Of a stretch of 64,000 nt of DNA, positions 61,340-64,000 are shown in pieces. The notes beneath the pieces were generated by a model. That model saw only the letters and a program-made list of their open reading frames with translations. It made no database searches and was not told the origin of the DNA. The stretch is taken from the IMG/VR virus record IMGVR_UViG_646311924_000007, positions 1 to 64,000 of that record, one strand, 5' to 3'. Origin of the DNA: a virus. Taxonomy: Duplodnaviria > Heunggongvirae > Uroviricota > Caudoviricetes. How positions within the stretch are numbered: the stretch's first letter is position 1; each line of letters opens with the position of its first letter. Position numbers and translations under genes: made by a program.

Positions 61340-61526
61340 CACCTCAATGAATCGTGATTTATAGAGCGATTTAGCTGTTAGCCGCGACAGGCGCGGCGGT
61401 AAGCATGGCTGGGCCTAGTCCTCCCAGACAAACCACCGAGTTGCCAGGTTGACCATGCGCCTAAGTGGCAACGCCGAAGTGCGTTACGAGCGTCCAGTTT
61501 GCCCATCTTCGGGTGGGCGTTTTTTT
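61340..61526 (+). ncRNA. candidate structured RNA ending at an intrinsic terminator (GCCCATC-TTCG-GGTGGGC-T7 at 61501-61526)
   Basis: Several internal hairpins, strong terminator, no credible ORF. Confidence 0.3.
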
Positions 61527-61991
61527 CAGGGTTTTCGTCATGGTTAGCGACTTTGCGGCGGTTTAGAAACTGACCATTAAAGTAAATGCAAACGATGATC
61601 TGATGATGGTAGCGGCCTAAGAAGCCAGATGCCATGGGGTATGAGTCGTCCCCCGTCAAAAAATCGACCGCAGAGTGTCCCCGTCTGTGTATTAGGGAAC
61701 GGGGAGGCACAACAGGTAAGGGCGCTGGTGTGATTAACCAGATGAACGAGAAGGGGCCATCTGTTGGTCAGCGTCCTTTCCTGTTGCGTTTTCTTTTCAG
61801 CGTAACAGCGGTGCTTAACAGCACTTTGGGTACAGTTCCACGAATTTACGGGTATATCCCGTCATGCTGAAGGCGCTAATCACGCTGGAAGCCAGGGTTA
61901 TGCATCCCCTGTTACCGAATTGCAGCCAGGGCGCGGTGCGCCGAAAAGCATACGGAGGTGGAAGCCCTCGCCGGAGACGTACCCGGCAAGT

Positions 61992-62066
61992 GATGGTGTA
62001 GCTCAGCGGTAGAGCAGTTGGCTGTTAACCAACTGGTCGGTAGTTCGAATCCACCCACCATCGCCA
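61992..62066 (+). tRNA. tRNA-Asn (anticodon GTT)
   Basis: Cloverleaf folded by hand; anticodon loop CTGTTAA; CCA encoded. Confidence 0.8.
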
Positions 62067-62071
62067 CTTTA

Positions 62072-62158
62072 GGGGAGTTAGTCCGTAGGGGTAGCGGGGT
62101 AGACTGTAAATCTACTGTCATTGCGACTCGGGTGGTTCGACTCCATCACTCCCCACCA
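62072..62158 (+). tRNA. tRNA-Tyr (anticodon GTA), class II with long variable arm
   Basis: Anticodon stem-loop GTAGA-CTGTAAA-TCTAC, 15-nt variable arm, T-arm GGTGG-TTCGACT-CCATC, CCA encoded. Confidence 0.7.
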
Positions 62159-62162
62159 CATT

Positions 62163-62238
62163 GCCGATTTAGCTCAGTTGGTAGAGCAGTCGCTTTGTAA
62201 GCGAATGGTCAGCGGTTCGATCCCGTTAATCGGCACCA
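62163..62238 (+). tRNA. tRNA-Thr (anticodon TGT)
   Basis: Cloverleaf with acceptor GCCGATT/AATCGGC, anticodon loop TTTGTAA, T-loop TTCGATC, CCA encoded. Confidence 0.75.
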
Positions 62239-62239
62239 A

Positions 62240-62990
62240 CATAACAGGTAAGAGCATTCTCCCTTATGGGGCCTGGCTTAAATGCATCGAGTGCTCTTAC
62301 CGTTGTGATGAAGTGCAGATCTTAGAAGCAACCAGAAGATAAGCATCTGGCTTCACAACATAAACCGCAGGAACGACCAATAAACGGTAGTCCGTATGGA
62401 GAACACCCCGTTGAGGAAGAGGCCTGGCCGGAACCGTAACCGGCGACTGGTAATGTGTGTAAATGGAGCGAAATATGTGGGCGTTTAACGGGATACGGGT
62501 TGTAACAGCGATTATTAACGGCGAACTTAAGTATTCACGTTTCGAGACAAATGAACGTGATGGGAAATGTATTGGTGTGCGGTTAGTAAGAGAATACGCA
62601 TAACAACTACAACGTTGAGAACACTGGCGTAACGGGGTCATATCCCAATCTACGAATAAATGTTGCGTTGCCGCGTGACAACCAGTGTTCTCAACATTGT
62701 GGTGAATGCACAGGCTGATGTGCCGCAACTACAGTAGTGCGCGCTTTGCGGGGCTTGCTACAACCCTGTGTCGGAGTTCAGCACCGACCATCACAGTTTG
62801 ATTCTCTGGCATGAGCATAACGCTGAAATAAGTCCAGTCTGGTGCGGTCTGATCACCCGCCGTTAGCTCCACGAAACGGAGCACGTAACAGGTAAGAGCA
62901 TTCTCCTGTAACGGGTTCATATCCCAATCTACAGGTCCACCAAGAATGCTCTTTCCGTTGCGGTGAATGCGGCTAAGCGCACGCGGGGAA
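62240..62990 (+). repeat. repeated stem-loop modules (CAGGTAAGAGCATTCTCC arms; GTAACGGG-TCATATCCCAATCTAC cores; 14-bp inverted repeat GTTGAGAACACTGG/CCAGTGTTCTCAAC)
   Basis: Repeats and inverted repeats read directly; ORFs in the interval look non-coding. Confidence 0.5.
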
Positions 62991-63111
62991 ATGGTTATAT
63001 CTGTCCATTATTTCTCCTTGTTTCCACGTCCACGGTGGATAACCAGCCAAAGGACACCGGGAGGAACCCGGCACCGCAGCTTTTTTATTCGTTAAATAAT
63101 GGAGTGAGAGG

Positions 63112-63348
63112 ATGCAGAACAATCCGAACAAATGTCGAACGCTATGGGTGCGGTTATATATTTATGCCGTCCTCTGTTTGATTGTGTCACTGGTTCTGTA
63201 TGTTTGGCTTTTGCCAAATATGATCTCATCTAACAGCACAATACTTGTATTGTTGGGAGTCCTTCTCGCGCTCATTTACCCGGCTTTCGCAGTAGTCTTT
63301 TTTCGTGAAAAAACCAGGAAATTAATTAATGAAAAAAACGTTGATTAG
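63112..63348 (+). CDS. small membrane protein (78 aa) upstream of the lipoprotein gene
   Basis: Two hydrophobic helices; overlaps the start of the following gene. Confidence 0.4.
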   Translation: MQNNPNKCRTLWVRLYIYAVLCLIVSLVLYVWLLPNMISSNSTILVLLGVLLALIYPAFAVVFFREKTRKLINEKNVD

Positions 63349-64000
63349 TGCAGCGATTATTTTGGGTTCTTTATGTCTGACCGGATGCGATCGGGTAGAG
63401 CCAGGTAACGTAGGGATCAAAGTAAATAAGCTGGGGGATGATAAAGGTATCGGTGAAGTAGTTGGCGTTGGTCGCTACTGGACAGGCTTGAATACTGAAG
63501 TTTATATCTTCCCGACCTTTAAGCAAATGAAGACATACGATGAGCCGTTCAGCTTCCAGATGAGCGACGGAACAACCATTGGTTACCACATCGGCGTAGC
63601 CTACAAGGTTGATCCAGCAAAAGTCACAACGGTATTTCAGACCTATCGCAAAGGTGTAGATGATATTACTGATACCGATCTACGCCAGAAGGTTGCAGAT
63701 GCTCTGAACCGATTAGCCAGCAAAATGACCACCGACAAATTTATCGACGGTGGCAAATCTGAATTGCTTGATGCAGCCCTTAAAGACATTCAGGAAGAAA
63801 TGACGCCAATCGGCATTCAGGTGATGAGCCTCTCTTATGTAGGTAAGCCAGAATACCCGCCAACAGTTATTGACAGTATTAACGCCAAAGTCACGGCAAA
63901 CCAAAAAACCCTGCAACGCGAGCAAGAGGTCAAACAACGTGAAGCAGAGGCCAACATGCTGCGCGCGGAAGCTGCCGGACAGGCTGATGCTATTCGCACA
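63329..64000 (+). CDS. lipoprotein with SPFH/band-7-like region, truncated by window end
   Basis: Signal peptide with lipobox (SLCLTGC); continues to the window edge. Confidence 0.6.
   Translation, partial: MKKTLISAAIILGSLCLTGCDRVEPGNVGIKVNKLGDDKGIGEVVGVGRYWTGLNTEVYIFPTFKQMKTYDEPFSFQMSDGTTIGYHIGVAYKVDPAKVTTVFQTYRKGVDDITDTDLRQKVADALNRLASKMTTDKFIDGGKSELLDAALKDIQEEMTPIGIQVMSLSYVGKPEYPPTVIDSINAKVTANQKTLQREQEVKQREAEANMLRAEAAGQADAIRT

Noticed and set aside
62297-62728. 143-aa minus-strand ORF, with 61378-61710 and 61912-62121, in the tRNA-rich interval
   Set aside because: The ORFs run through tRNA genes and hairpin repeats, have biased composition and no RBS, so the interval reads as RNA-coding rather than protein-coding.

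Overview
The window reads as a P1-like (Punavirus-type) phage-plasmid segment, running from a partial loxP site and cre at the left edge to a plp-like lipoprotein at the right edge. Recognisable backbone, in order: cre; lxc/ulx/darB; portal and prohead protease; lyz; ssb; the lydA-lydB-hdf-darA-ddrA-ddrB operon; tail fibre U/S/R and a baseplate/sit block; two secreted sim-like proteins; the immI region (C1 operator, c4 RNA, icd, ant) with kilA-repL; putative capsid and sheath genes; parS-parB-parA; repA flanked by iteron arrays and an oriR with a DnaA box and GATC cluster; uhr-hrdC-dmt; three tRNAs (Asn, Tyr, Thr). Features I consider unusual: (1) a second, inverted c4-icd-ant module beside cre whose antisense-RNA specificity elements are swapped in a mutually complementary way and whose antirepressor has a Rha-like central domain; (2) a 341-aa LAGLIDADG intein splitting the PCQ catalytic motif of the Dmt C5-methyltransferase domain; (3) a T5orf172 (GIY-YIG-like) gene between incA and parA, followed in-frame by an amber codon and a second ORF; (4) a hok/mok-type toxin locus after repL; (5) a low-GC hexapeptide acetyltransferase islet where I would expect the cin/C-segment; (6) a cluster of repeated stem-loop modules around the tRNAs. 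No Type III res-mod, IS element or CRISPR array was seen. All comparisons to reference P1 are from memory; no database search, HMM scan or RNA folding was run, and gene names assigned by synteny and length alone are tentative.
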